In this document: positions 1 through 11,002 of the stretch, one piece after another
Layout of the letters: every line of letters starts with the position of its first letter
Numbering within the stretch: the first letter of the stretch is position 1
Assembly: GCA_000002435.2 (NCBI GenBank)
Contig: CM018789.1
Direction: 5' to 3' (one strand)
Source of the DNA: Giardia intestinalis
Taxonomy: Eukaryota
DNA length: 64,000 nt
Made by a program: the position numbers and the translations under genes
The notes under the pieces: model-generated
What the model saw: the letters and a program-made list of their open reading frames with translations, nothing else
What the model was told of the DNA's origin: nothing
Databases searched by the model: none

Positions 1-756
1 ATGATTGCAGGGGCGATTCCTCTTACGTCTGGGTCCATTAAGCTCAATGGGTATTTGTGTTTTGCGCCTCAATACGATGTGCTACCGAACGATACCAGGG
101 TCGATCATGTGATGACCATGTTTGGACGAATGAGGGGGCTGAGCAAAAAAGAGTGTGAGAAGGAGATGGACGAGCTGCTCACCACTCTTAATTTGAGACA
201 AGTCAAACACAAGACCATAAAGCAATGTTCGGGTGGATCGCAGAGACGGATATCCTTTGCGTGTGCATGCATTGGCACTAAGCCTCTTGATGTTGTCCTT
301 TGCGATGAGGTGACCACTGGTCTGAGTCGCACAGATGCCATGGGTGTCTGGAACGTGCTTCTTGGGCTCCAGAAAAGAAATATCAGCGTTATCCTTATTT
401 CCCACGATCTTGACGAGGCAGAGATGCTCTCCACCAATGTCTTATTCATGTCTGGTGGTCGCGGCATCAAGCAGGGGAATCCTACGGAGCTATGCATGAG
501 CACAGAGTACCAAATATGCAAGATCAAGTCTTCTCACCCAATTTCAGAGCTGGAGCCACTTGTAGCAGATGGACGCATCACGTGTGTGCACGAGGCCAAC
601 GACCTCATCTACCAAATAAAACTTGACATCATGACACCCGAGGAGGTGCTTGATGTAGCCCTCAAGTACGAAGACTGTTTTGTTGATAATGTGGGTCTTG
701 AGGATGTCTTCTTTTCTATTGAGTCATATTTACACAAAGAGCAAAGCGAAAGATAA
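1..756 (+). CDS. ABC transporter ATP-binding domain, 5'-partial (C-terminal NBD portion)
   Basis: ABC signature-like 'CSGGSQRR', Walker B 'LDVVLCDEVTTGLS', H-loop 'ILISHDL'. The ORF begins at the window edge, so it is truncated. Confidence 0.7.
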   Translation: MIAGAIPLTSGSIKLNGYLCFAPQYDVLPNDTRVDHVMTMFGRMRGLSKKECEKEMDELLTTLNLRQVKHKTIKQCSGGSQRRISFACACIGTKPLDVVLCDEVTTGLSRTDAMGVWNVLLGLQKRNISVILISHDLDEAEMLSTNVLFMSGGRGIKQGNPTELCMSTEYQICKIKSSHPISELEPLVADGRITCVHEANDLIYQIKLDIMTPEEVLDVALKYEDCFVDNVGLEDVFFSIESYLHKEQSER

Positions 757-818
757 GATAACGCGTTCTCTAGGTAAATTTGATCTTAATTTATTTCTAG
801 AGTGGCGCGCGGTCTTTC

Positions 819-3734
819 ATGTCAAGGAGGTATCCAGCGCGCAAGTATCCTACTCAGGCCGGCGCAGGTGGGACCACTATGGCTACTTCCGCACCTGCTC
901 CCGTGATGGCTGTGCCAATGATTCCAGCGGTTCAGAGCCAGGCTCCTCCGCAGCCTGTCTACTCCGGCCAACTGCACCCTCCCGTGGGTGCTCCGTCACA
1001 GCAGGTGTCTGCAGTTCCACTTATAGGTGTTCCAACGTCTCAGCAGCAGACATTTACACAGCCAAGTATTTCTGCTACTCTACCGCAACCCCCTGCAGGC
1101 ATAGCTTTACCGCAGGCTGCACCTCCGCAACAGGCCATCAATTACTCTGAAATAGCAGGCTCGTCTATTGCCTATCCGAGCGTGAATCCGGCTGCTCTGT
1201 TCGCCCCCACAGATCACTCTCAACCTTTCGCCAGCAGCCACATAGTTACCACTCCCCACTATGTAAAGCTAACACACACTGCACTGCCCCCGAGTAGCCA
1301 GGACCTCTCCAATTATGCCCTTCCCGTTGGAATGGTGATTGAACCGCTAGGGCCTGCAGATTCGCCCCCTCCCCTCATTGACTTTGCGGCAGAGTTCAAC
1401 ATCCAGCCTCCCCGATGCCAAAACTGCCAGGCATTCATCAATTGCTACAATACCTTTACCCCAGATAGGGTTTCGAGCATTTGCTGTCTCTGTGGACATT
1501 CAACACACCTTGACCATGCCTATCGATCATCCATTGACTTTTCTAACCCAAACTCAATAGGATCCAATCGCGTTGAACTGACCCATGAGGCTTATGAAGT
1601 CAAGGCCACTAAAAACTACGCAGCCAGGGCCAACCAGACACTGACATTTCGAACGTATGTGTTTCTCATTGATGTCAGCCCCCAGGCCATATCTTCTGGT
1701 CTTACTTCTGTGGCTTGTGAGGCCTGCGCTGAATTTATAAAGCTGGCTATAACAGACAGCACCGAAAATGACAGGCGAATCATGCTTGGGATTATTCTCT
1801 TCAACACCCACCTGCACTACATCATCGTCAAGGACGCTGCACGATACGAGCTTTACACTGTCCCAATGATAGACGAAAGGTTCATTCCGGCGCCACGGGA
1901 TATCATCGTATCTGCAAAGGCACGAGGAAATGCTCTCCTTAATGCTCTGCAGCAAGTCGTTTCTGTGTTCTCCCAGGCAAATACAGTCTGCCCGCCGACA
2001 TCGAATCAGAAGGAGACGGGGACGACTCGCGACGTCTGCTTTGGTGCGGCTTTGGATGCAGCTTACATTTGCATCTCCACTATTGGTGGGAAGATCCTAT
2101 ACTTCTTATCATCTCTTCCTTCTTGCGGGATGGGCTCGCTGCACGCCAGCGTCCACAAGCGTAACGGCAACCTCCTGTTTTCGTCGACAGGATCGCACTC
2201 TAAGGCATTTGAATCGGGCGATATAATAAAACAGCTTCTGACCCCTGATGCAAAAGATAGCGAGTTTTACATAGATTTGGCCGTCAGATCGACCATAAAC
2301 TTTGTCTCGATTGATGCCTTTCTGTGCCCACCCGCTTATGTTAATTTAGGTACGTGCTCGAGCACGACATCTTCGGTGGCAATGGGAGGCTTTCTAGATC
2401 CTGCCACGCTAGCAGAGTTGTCCAGATGCACTTCTGGGAGATATAACTACTATCCTGATTTTAATGGTAGTAGAGACCGAGTGCGACTGTATTCTGATAT
2501 CCTGGATGTGTATCAGCGCTACTCTGCTTTAGAAGCGTGTAGTCGCATTCGTTCCAGCAAGGAAATTGATGTTGCCTACACATATGGAAACATCTACCAA
2601 AGGCAGGAGGGGATCACACAGCTGGCGCAGTACGATGAGCAGAGTGGCTATGGGTGCGAGATTGTCTATCGAGTGAAAGAGATCCATGCAAAGACCCTGT
2701 ACATCCAGATGTCGTTTCTCTACACTGACGAGGCAGGACTACGGCACATTCGCTGCGTTACCAAACCCTTGCCAATCGCGTCCAATGCCGGTAGCGTCTC
2801 TACTGCCAGGGGCAGCTCTGTTGTTCTCTATAATTCGGTGGACATCAATGCTCAGGTAGCACTACTAGCCAAGAAGCTGGCGTGTGTTATGCGTACTAAC
2901 TCAGAAGTGACGTCTAGTAGCAACAGCACAGTTATGTCCGTCGGAACAGAAAGCACTAAGTACGAGAACGTTTCTGGAAGCTTGTCTAGCAACCAGCCGT
3001 ACCATGGGATCATTGCTGGTCTGTTTGCAGACCTTGTAGTCTGTCTTCACAACTACCGGTCACTCCTAAATCTACAACTAGACCCTCTGCTGAAGTTCAT
3101 TCCAGAGAAGCTGTCCCTATTGCCGCTTTTTGTCTACGCTATGTTACGAACTCATATGATGCGTCCCGTTAACTCGAAGAGCGCCCGTCTGGAGGAGCGG
3201 GTCTTGTCGATGATGCGCATAGAGCGCGGTAACGTGGCGGCGACTCTGAACGTGCTATACCCCAACATGTATTACATCCACCTTGATGAAGCGACAGGGC
3301 AGTGGGTGGCCTCAAAGACGCGCTTGTCTGCAGAGTATATGGTTCCTGGAGGAATCTATTTCATCGAGGACGTGCACGCCTTGTATATATTTTTCCACCA
3401 TTCCATCTCGCCCAGTACAGTCAGCCTGTTCTGCAAACCTAACAGCCAGGGGGCTATCAACATGGCCGAGCCCCTAGAGCTTCTCCCATTGATAGACCAG
3501 GAGGACATAGACTCAAATCTGTCTTCCCAGAACCCACTTGACCTCGTGTCCAAATTGGCAGCACTTCTGCGCGAGCAGCGAAACAGCTATCTCCCCATAT
3601 TCCCAATTACCGCGGAGACCAGGTTGGTCTCTGCCGTCATGAATTGCCTGATTGAAACGCGACAGGGGAGCCAGGGCTATGCAGACTTTGTCCGGATGCT
3701 TGGAAATGCCCTAGGCGCCAAGGCGGTTCGCTGA
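819..3734 (+). CDS. SEC24: Sec24-like COPII coat subunit
   Basis: Pro/Gln-rich N-terminus. Zinc-finger 'RCQNCQAFINCYNTF...CCLCGHS' resembles Sec23/24 Zn finger. 'TYVFLIDVSPQAISSGL' matches the Sec24 trunk-domain start 'PPVYxFLIDVS'. ATG start confirmed. AGTGAAT polyA motif at 3743-3749. Confidence 0.65.
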   Translation: MSRRYPARKYPTQAGAGGTTMATSAPAPVMAVPMIPAVQSQAPPQPVYSGQLHPPVGAPSQQVSAVPLIGVPTSQQQTFTQPSISATLPQPPAGIALPQAAPPQQAINYSEIAGSSIAYPSVNPAALFAPTDHSQPFASSHIVTTPHYVKLTHTALPPSSQDLSNYALPVGMVIEPLGPADSPPPLIDFAAEFNIQPPRCQNCQAFINCYNTFTPDRVSSICCLCGHSTHLDHAYRSSIDFSNPNSIGSNRVELTHEAYEVKATKNYAARANQTLTFRTYVFLIDVSPQAISSGLTSVACEACAEFIKLAITDSTENDRRIMLGIILFNTHLHYIIVKDAARYELYTVPMIDERFIPAPRDIIVSAKARGNALLNALQQVVSVFSQANTVCPPTSNQKETGTTRDVCFGAALDAAYICISTIGGKILYFLSSLPSCGMGSLHASVHKRNGNLLFSSTGSHSKAFESGDIIKQLLTPDAKDSEFYIDLAVRSTINFVSIDAFLCPPAYVNLGTCSSTTSSVAMGGFLDPATLAELSRCTSGRYNYYPDFNGSRDRVRLYSDILDVYQRYSALEACSRIRSSKEIDVAYTYGNIYQRQEGITQLAQYDEQSGYGCEIVYRVKEIHAKTLYIQMSFLYTDEAGLRHIRCVTKPLPIASNAGSVSTARGSSVVLYNSVDINAQVALLAKKLACVMRTNSEVTSSSNSTVMSVGTESTKYENVSGSLSSNQPYHGIIAGLFADLVVCLHNYRSLLNLQLDPLLKFIPEKLSLLPLFVYAMLRTHMMRPVNSKSARLEERVLSMMRIERGNVAATLNVLYPNMYYIHLDEATGQWVASKTRLSAEYMVPGGIYFIEDVHALYIFFHHSISPSTVSLFCKPNSQGAINMAEPLELLPLIDQEDIDSNLSSQNPLDLVSKLAALLREQRNSYLPIFPITAETRLVSAVMNCLIETRQGSQGYADFVRMLGNALGAKAVR

Positions 3735-3815
3735 TGGCACGGAGTGAATAGCAGCCTGTAGGTCATTGCAGACAACTTTAAATTGAATTCTTGTTGGAAA
3801 ACAGAAGGAGCGCTG

Positions 3816-4322
3816 ATGAACTCTCCAGTTTCTGACAAGGTCTTCTTTGACATCACCATCGGCGGCAAGCCTCTCGGCAGGATTACCATGGGGCTCTTCG
3901 GCTCAATCGTCCCGAAGACCGCGGAGAACTTCAAGAAGCTCTGCACCGGCGAGATGGGTTTCGGCTACAAGGGCTCTACGTTCCACCGCGTCATCCCCAA
4001 GTTCATGATCCAGGGTGGGGACTTCACGAACCATAACGGCACTGGCGGCAAGTCCATCTATGGCGCCAAGTTTCCTGACGAGAACTTCGAGATCAAGCAC
4101 TTCGTCGGGTGCCTCTCCATGGCGAATGCTGGGCCGAACACCAACGGCTCTCAGTTCTTCCTCACCGTGGCCGACACTGCTTGGCTCGACGGCAAGCACG
4201 TTGTCTTCGGGCGTGTCCTTGACGGGATGGACGTCGTCAAGGCAATCGAGACTACGAAGACCGGGGCCAACGACAAGCCGGTTGAGAAGGTTGTCATCGC
4301 CGACTGTGGCGTGCTCCAGTAA
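3816..4322 (+). CDS. Cyclophilin-type peptidyl-prolyl cis-trans isomerase
   Basis: '[28 protein letters not shown]', '[23 protein letters not shown]', '[16 protein letters not shown]' are canonical cyclophilin A motifs. The track ORF starts at TTG (3783); the first ATG is 3816 ([13 protein letters not shown]...). AGTAAAT at 4328-4334. Confidence 0.92.
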   Translation: MNSPVSDKVFFDITIGGKPLGRITMGLFGSIVPKTAENFKKLCTGEMGFGYKGSTFHRVIPKFMIQGGDFTNHNGTGGKSIYGAKFPDENFEIKHFVGCLSMANAGPNTNGSQFFLTVADTAWLDGKHVVFGRVLDGMDVVKAIETTKTGANDKPVEKVVIADCGVLQ

Positions 4323-4379
4323 GCCAAAGTAAATGCGCTAAAAAAGCCACCGAGACTCCAGCTCCTGCCTCCAGGCGCA

Positions 4380-7300
4380 ATGGAGCTCCGGTACATAAAC
4401 TCCCTATTTTTTCGCCGGTTCGGGTCCCACGCTGTGACGATCACGTCTGTGAGCCCTGCTAACGAGCTTGGGATTCTCTTCGCTGGCATGTCCAACGGGT
4501 GCCTTGTTGCGTGGGATATGCGCTACGAGCCATCGCCCCTTGCACGTGTCGTGGTCTACAATGCCCACAAGGGAGCCATCAAGGCCCTTTGCTGGCAGCC
4601 ATATTATCGCCTGCTCTTTAGTGGAGGCGTCGACGGGCTGGTAAAGGTCTGGGATCCCAGCTTCACAGACTTCCTTGACGTCAGTGGAATGATGGCAGAT
4701 CATTCTGCACTCGCACAGATCTTCTCCAGCGAAAAGTCAAACCCCATTATAGAGCGCTACAAATATACCGTTCAGCCGCTGATCACAGAAGAGGAAACAG
4801 TCTCACCGAGCACTGGTTCCATAAAACTGACCCGTCTAGTTCAGTCGCTCGGTGACTTCACTCGACCAATTATCAAGATTTCATACATCGCCCACCACAT
4901 CGCGGTCCTATCGATGGACGGCTATATAGTAGTCTATTACCCCGATCCTCGACGCGATCTTACTATATTGAGGTATCCTTTGTTCATCAAAGTAGCAAGC
5001 ATATTTCTCGGACATCAGCAGCTCGATCGCGTGAAGAACTTTTCCACCTTGCAACTAGGATATAGTCTTCAGGAGCCGATTCACAAAGACAGCGTGCTAG
5101 AGCGCTATAATTTTCCTGTTAGTGACTACGCATACAAGCGAGCCATGTCTATTAAGTTGCAGCCTGCCAGCTCCTCTGCCCCTTTGACGTCAGGCGCACC
5201 ACCACAGGCCTCGCTGCCTCAGAAGGAACCCGCTCGGTTATTATCTGCATCTTTTGAGACACATGACACACTGAATCTTCGGGACATAGTTGAGTGTGGT
5301 CAGTTGGACAATGGACGTTCGCTTTCAGTGACGAAAAGGGGCACGAACATAGACGTTAACGCACCCCTTGACTACAGTGTTAACCCTCTGCTGACTGAGC
5401 CAGTAATTCCGCTTTCTTTGGCAGTGGACACTGATAACACCACGTTTTACGTGGGCGATTCTAACGGCACTGTTCACAGTCTCTCGGTACTTGATGGCAA
5501 GGTGTTCTACAAAAGCCAAATTAAGTACGTTTCTAATAATTCCATACTGGATTGCTGCTTTGTCCCCCACGAATCATCCCTCATTGCGACAGGAGCAGAT
5601 GGAACAGTACGGGGACTCATTGCAATGACTGGAAAGAATTATTTCGGGCGTGCCGGCCCCAAGGGAGTGGTCTTTACCAGGGTTCTGCATTGTCCTAAGC
5701 GAAAGCTCGTTGAATACGAGGACCTAATGTCATCACGGCCGGAATCGGCGCAGTTTGTCAAGCAGATTCGAGCTAGGATGCGACAGTCAGGACCGTCCTT
5801 GAGTACGATTCATGAAACAGACGAGCTCCTGATAGATGTGATGACGCAGACCTTGGAGGAGCAACAGCTTAGAACTATGCTGCAGAAGAATCGAAATCAA
5901 GAGATGCGCGAGCAACCAATCGCAGAAACAGACTTAACGGCGCTGTTCACAGGGAGTTCTTCCAAGAAGGAGATAACAGCTAAAGAAGCCTATCACTATG
6001 AATCGCATGCAGCCAGATCTATGAAGATAGATGAGGGTGCCAACTCAGATCTAAAAAAGAAAGATGACAACATTATACTGATGGACGCCAGCGGTCTTCT
6101 TCTTATTGTGGAGTCAACAACCAATATAACTCTCTTTGAAGCGATGTACCCCGAAATAGGCCCTGTCCCAGCAGCCTTAATGGCTAAGGCTACAGAACTA
6201 GGAGTATTTCTTACCACACCAGTGGTTACTCAACCACGACGGTCCTTGAACTACCAATTCTATGCTATTGCTAAGATGAATCTCAGTCTCCAAGAAGAGT
6301 ATTGGATTCTTAGAGGCCGGTTTGCCAAAACAATGGCGAAGATGGACCAAAGGCATAAGTTAGAAAGCTTTATGACCGAATCGGCCATCAAGAAAGGCCC
6401 AGCTAGAGCATCCTCAGAAAGCAGACCCACCAATTCTCTACCAAGAGCTCAGCGGCGAGCAAAAAGCAAGAGCTCCATCGAATCCATGGATGAGAAGGTC
6501 AGCGCAACGAAGGTGAGCATTCTTAACTGTTACGAAGACATGCAGCTTATAGATATGTTCCTATTAAAGTTGCCACCGGACTTGAATCCCCGGGGAGAGG
6601 TCGTTATTGGAATTGTGAGGCCCGTGTGCATAGACTTCTTTAAGCCAGTTTATAAGCATGCGGGACAGTCGCGCGGTATGGGTCATTCCAAGCCAATCCA
6701 GCTACTGTCGCTTCTGCCAGCTCCACCCCTACCCTTCCTCGATCCTACAGATGAAACTAAAAACAGCGCAGAAATGCCTATTACCGACAAAAAGATTAAC
6801 TCTTTGCTCGAGGGTCGAAGCCAAGAATTTTTATCCACCACGGATGGTAATCCAATCTTGCAGCGATCGGGCGCTGCTTGCGCAGACAGTAAGTCCGCAC
6901 AAGGTATGCGCCTCTCCAATGAAAGGACGACAATGGAGGATATAGCTAACACACAAACAGAGTCAGTAAGCATTACAGCACAGAGCTACTACAAGAATCA
7001 TGCCATTCAAGAGTTGAGCAACGTGAGCGAATCTAAAAATGTAGACGTCCTATCAAGCATCGACGAGCCCGTTTCAGAAGACTATGCACAGGCTCAGCTC
7101 CAGCAGAACCGTTTAAGATACCGCAATAACAGCATCAGATCCAGAAAGATCAGCAACACAGAAACAGATTTTGTGAGTGCTATTATTAATGGTGACATCA
7201 GTGTTTCCCACAGTGGAGCTGAGACCATCAGAGGCGCATACAGCGTTCAAGACATTGTCAAGACCCAGTTGGATAGTATTGCCAGCATCTCGACAAAGCG

Positions 7301-10300
7301 CGCATTATCTCCTAACGACCCTCATAGCCGAATGACAGCATTTGCAGAGATGAGACATAGCATCCTAAAGAGCTTGACCGCAAGTAGAACACAGAGCCCA
7401 GGGCAGACTATTTCCTCAACAGTAGTCGCGTCGAATAAGCCTGCTCAAAAGAATCAAGAGAGAGATGATCTGACGCTGCAAGAACTGCAGGTAAGTAGTG
7501 CTACAGGCGCAGAGTCAGGTGGATCGCAACTGAATACTTGTCAGTTGACCCTGGGATCATCCCGTTTAAGCAACCTCATCCTCAGCAAGCGCATTACTGA
7601 CTCTCAGTTTAATAGGATCAATCAGCCAGAGGCTCAAGCAAAGCAGTTTGCACCGTACCTGCCGCCAGAGGTCGATATTGTCCATCATATTGTAAGCCAT
7701 CATACAGACGCTAGTGGCCGTCTGCCGCTGATTTCTCGCTCTGGGGCACGAAACGCTGCAAAGAAGAAGCTTATGCCTCCGTTTTACGTTCTATCGTGCT
7801 CATGCGATAATGACGTCTATACTTGGGACGCGCGCATCATGAGCCGCCCGTACCATCACTACACCTTTTCCTTCGATGTGCTGAAGTACGCAAGGATCCT
7901 CAACCTATCTCAAATCACAGGGATTGTGTTGGACGCTGCCTCCATCCTTTTCCATAAGTACCTTGTAGACGGAGCCACCATGGCGACAAAGTCTGCATCC
8001 GTTGGTATATGCAGTGACCCTATACTTAACAGATCTGGCGATAAGCAGATTAGAAAGCTCCTTCTTTCAAGCAGTCGATTGTACAATGTAGAGGGTAGCG
8101 ATTCAGATGAGCGAATGATCGAGTTAAAAGAATCAAATAGGTTCTGCCAGCGTGCTCTTGAAATAGGAGCCAGTGATCAGGAAGGTCATGGAGCAGGGCT
8201 GTCTTCCAAATTAAAGGATATCTCAGACCGTGTAAAGCAAGAAAAACTCAAAAAGGAAGCCGAAACACGCCAAGAAGAACTATTTACGCGGCTTTCTAAT
8301 GGCCTTTCGGCAAATGGAAAGGGGTTCCAACTGTCCACCGCACAAAAAGGAGCCAACGGGGTTCGCTCGAGCAATTACACAAACTACCATGTGGATGATG
8401 CAGATATTAGGGTTCGTCTACTGAAGTTGGGAAAGTCAGGATTACTCGACAAAGAAGCAGTGAAGTCACTTATTAATCAAGTACCCACAGAGACGAAGAT
8501 CTACACGCAGAAGACCAAAGACATGTCATTTTTAAATTTTGATCGCTTCTACGTTCTCCACCCGGATGTACTAAACATGATATCTGGAGCTCCCGAAGAC
8601 AATGCAGCCGCAGAAGATAGCCACTTGGGCATATCTCCATATTATGTTGGAAAATTCAGCAAGGACAGTATCTATAACATCATTAGTCAAAGCGATGTGA
8701 TGCCCACAGAGCTCCTCTGTGATATCAGTAACAGCATCACAGTCGACAAACACGCTGACTCGCAATTGGCGGAAGCAGTTAACAAATCCGGCCTCAGCCT
8801 TGACACGATCCTCTCTGAAGACCGTACTCAGAGTCAGACCCAATTTAACAGGCAGGTGTACTTTGAAGTAAAGAAGCTTTCAGAGCTCCCTTCGGCCTTT
8901 CGCTTCTTGGCTGTTGAGCCGTGCAATTTCCTGATGATTGGACATGAAGACGGATCGCTCACTGCTATGGTCACGACTATAAAGCAATCCTTTCAGGGTA
9001 CACCCAGAAAAAACCAGCTAGCCAAGGAGGCAGCATCTGATAGCACCATTTTGAAGAGGGGTAATATACCTGCTACCAATAAAGCAGTTTCCCGGCAGAC
9101 GACCTTCTTTAGAGTATTAGCAGGTCACAGCGAGTGCGTCTCTTGCATGTGCTATATATTGACAGATCAGTGCTGTTATGTGTGTAGTGCAAGCATTGAT
9201 GGGTCTATTTTGTGTCTGATACACCCTCTCGTGGGAGATTTCAGGCTCCAGTACAGCGTCTGGTCTAAGTTTGTTTCGGATCTAGACAACGAAGCATTAC
9301 AAGGGTCGAAGGATGGCGCTGAGGAGGCCCAGGACCTTCTATCTGAAGCTCGAAGAAGCCCTGAGATCATCGAGTTTTTACAAGGGTCGGGCTCGTTTCT
9401 TATTGCTGGAACTAGTTTCGGAAATGTATATTTCATTACGTTTCCCCTGCAGTCACCGTTACGCACGGCTCTATTCTTCCAGACAAAACCTTTCATGCAG
9501 GCATATATTAACAGCGAAGGCGTTACCACGCCAGCGTCTACCCCTTCGGCTAGTATTAAGTTTCTGGATTATTGTTGTGATACGCTGACGATTGTACTTG
9601 AAAGCGGCCACATTTTACAGTTCGATCAAGTGTCTCTCTACTACAAACACTGGCTCTATTTCTCTAACACTGGAAAGCTGGCTATGGATCCATCCACTAC
9701 TTCTCACTACCTCTCACGGCTCACATATGATAGGTCTTCTCATGCGCTTGTTCTATCGACGGGCTCATCTCCACTCTGCAATCCCCGGGATGCGATAAAG
9801 GCGCCCCCTAACAGTCCCTACTTTTCAAGCTGCTTCGCCGCATTTCTCCAGCATTTTCCCTTCAAGATAATGCCTCAGAGAGTTTTCTCTGCGTATACTC
9901 AGACAACCAGAAAACCGGTGTCCGCGGACGAGGTACGTGAACTACGCCGTCGAGAGGTTGTAGACGAGTCTGAGGATAATAAGATTGTTGCCACATACGT
10001 CGTTTTCCCAATTGTGCTAGATACACTGGGAATAGGTGGGGGCTGCACTTTAAGCGCCTGTGACTCCCTGACTGACGTCGCGACAGAATCGACGGCTACC
10101 AACTCTAAGACCTACACATCAGTAAGAGAGGTAATACATGCATATGATCCATCCCACGACTTAACATACAAAAATCAGTCATCCGTTGGAAAGGTATTTT
10201 ATAGTAACGGGAAGATACTGGAGCGGCCGGTTAACAAGGCTCTGGACCAGGGGCAGAAGTACTATGACGAAAAGCTAAGGAAGTGGAGGTATATCCTTCC

Positions 10301-10931
10301 CGAAGATCGGAGCCCTGAGGAGCAGCCTCGTAGAAAGCCACCCTCTGTTTTATCAAGGCAATCAGAAGAGCGTGCTGTCAGCAGGAGTAAGTCGACTACG
10401 CCCATGCGTTATATTAATGCCTCCACTGCCGCCGTCAAAGTGAGCACCATTGTGCAACGCAGTGTGTCTCTCGGGACGTCTTCCAGGAACAAATCGTGCA
10501 ACAGAACGTCACAGATTACCTTGGGTACGAAGCCTTCAGAACTCAGTGCACCACAAAACCAGAAGACTAAGGATACAGGGAGCCAGTCACGTGGTAACAT
10601 CGTGTCGGAAGCGCTTGAGCCATCCGCCAGAAGGGTGGAGAAGCCAGATGGGGTGAGCGAGTCTGTTAGCAGAAGCATAATTTGCATCGGTTATGCTTCA
10701 GGACTTGTCCGGGTTTACGGCAGTACAGGCCGGATTCTAGACGAGTTTTCATATGATAATCCTGTGTCTTCTCTCAGAGCTATTCGAGATGATGATGTCG
10801 GAAGGCAACTACTTCTTTCGATGGAAGCTGAGATGCGTATAGCCGCAGCCTCCACGATCTGGATGGGATTTTCAGACGGGCGCCTTACGATGGAAAAGTG
10901 CAGTGCTCTACTGGACTATTCCATTCCCTAG
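4380..10931 (+). CDS. Large (2183 aa) hypothetical protein with N-terminal WD40-like repeats
   Basis: Uninterrupted 6.5 kb ORF with ATG start. N-terminal 'GCLVAWDMRY...GGVDGLVKVWDP' WD-repeat signatures. AGTGAAC polyA motif at 10958-10964. Confidence 0.7.
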   Translation: MELRYINSLFFRRFGSHAVTITSVSPANELGILFAGMSNGCLVAWDMRYEPSPLARVVVYNAHKGAIKALCWQPYYRLLFSGGVDGLVKVWDPSFTDFLDVSGMMADHSALAQIFSSEKSNPIIERYKYTVQPLITEEETVSPSTGSIKLTRLVQSLGDFTRPIIKISYIAHHIAVLSMDGYIVVYYPDPRRDLTILRYPLFIKVASIFLGHQQLDRVKNFSTLQLGYSLQEPIHKDSVLERYNFPVSDYAYKRAMSIKLQPASSSAPLTSGAPPQASLPQKEPARLLSASFETHDTLNLRDIVECGQLDNGRSLSVTKRGTNIDVNAPLDYSVNPLLTEPVIPLSLAVDTDNTTFYVGDSNGTVHSLSVLDGKVFYKSQIKYVSNNSILDCCFVPHESSLIATGADGTVRGLIAMTGKNYFGRAGPKGVVFTRVLHCPKRKLVEYEDLMSSRPESAQFVKQIRARMRQSGPSLSTIHETDELLIDVMTQTLEEQQLRTMLQKNRNQEMREQPIAETDLTALFTGSSSKKEITAKEAYHYESHAARSMKIDEGANSDLKKKDDNIILMDASGLLLIVESTTNITLFEAMYPEIGPVPAALMAKATELGVFLTTPVVTQPRRSLNYQFYAIAKMNLSLQEEYWILRGRFAKTMAKMDQRHKLESFMTESAIKKGPARASSESRPTNSLPRAQRRAKSKSSIESMDEKVSATKVSILNCYEDMQLIDMFLLKLPPDLNPRGEVVIGIVRPVCIDFFKPVYKHAGQSRGMGHSKPIQLLSLLPAPPLPFLDPTDETKNSAEMPITDKKINSLLEGRSQEFLSTTDGNPILQRSGAACADSKSAQGMRLSNERTTMEDIANTQTESVSITAQSYYKNHAIQELSNVSESKNVDVLSSIDEPVSEDYAQAQLQQNRLRYRNNSIRSRKISNTETDFVSAIINGDISVSHSGAETIRGAYSVQDIVKTQLDSIASISTKRALSPNDPHSRMTAFAEMRHSILKSLTASRTQSPGQTISSTVVASNKPAQKNQERDDLTLQELQVSSATGAESGGSQLNTCQLTLGSSRLSNLILSKRITDSQFNRINQPEAQAKQFAPYLPPEVDIVHHIVSHHTDASGRLPLISRSGARNAAKKKLMPPFYVLSCSCDNDVYTWDARIMSRPYHHYTFSFDVLKYARILNLSQITGIVLDAASILFHKYLVDGATMATKSASVGICSDPILNRSGDKQIRKLLLSSSRLYNVEGSDSDERMIELKESNRFCQRALEIGASDQEGHGAGLSSKLKDISDRVKQEKLKKEAETRQEELFTRLSNGLSANGKGFQLSTAQKGANGVRSSNYTNYHVDDADIRVRLLKLGKSGLLDKEAVKSLINQVPTETKIYTQKTKDMSFLNFDRFYVLHPDVLNMISGAPEDNAAAEDSHLGISPYYVGKFSKDSIYNIISQSDVMPTELLCDISNSITVDKHADSQLAEAVNKSGLSLDTILSEDRTQSQTQFNRQVYFEVKKLSELPSAFRFLAVEPCNFLMIGHEDGSLTAMVTTIKQSFQGTPRKNQLAKEAASDSTILKRGNIPATNKAVSRQTTFFRVLAGHSECVSCMCYILTDQCCYVCSASIDGSILCLIHPLVGDFRLQYSVWSKFVSDLDNEALQGSKDGAEEAQDLLSEARRSPEIIEFLQGSGSFLIAGTSFGNVYFITFPLQSPLRTALFFQTKPFMQAYINSEGVTTPASTPSASIKFLDYCCDTLTIVLESGHILQFDQVSLYYKHWLYFSNTGKLAMDPSTTSHYLSRLTYDRSSHALVLSTGSSPLCNPRDAIKAPPNSPYFSSCFAAFLQHFPFKIMPQRVFSAYTQTTRKPVSADEVRELRRREVVDESEDNKIVATYVVFPIVLDTLGIGGGCTLSACDSLTDVATESTATNSKTYTSVREVIHAYDPSHDLTYKNQSSVGKVFYSNGKILERPVNKALDQGQKYYDEKLRKWRYILPEDRSPEEQPRRKPPSVLSRQSEERAVSRSKSTTPMRYINASTAAVKVSTIVQRSVSLGTSSRNKSCNRTSQITLGTKPSELSAPQNQKTKDTGSQSRGNIVSEALEPSARRVEKPDGVSESVSRSIICIGYASGLVRVYGSTGRILDEFSYDNPVSSLRAIRDDDVGRQLLLSMEAEMRIAAASTIWMGFSDGRLTMEKCSALLDYSIP

Positions 10932-11002
10932 CGTTCACAGATTATACTGGGATCTAAAGTGAACGTAAGACATACATTGTGGTCAAGAGCCTCAGTGAAA
11001 AA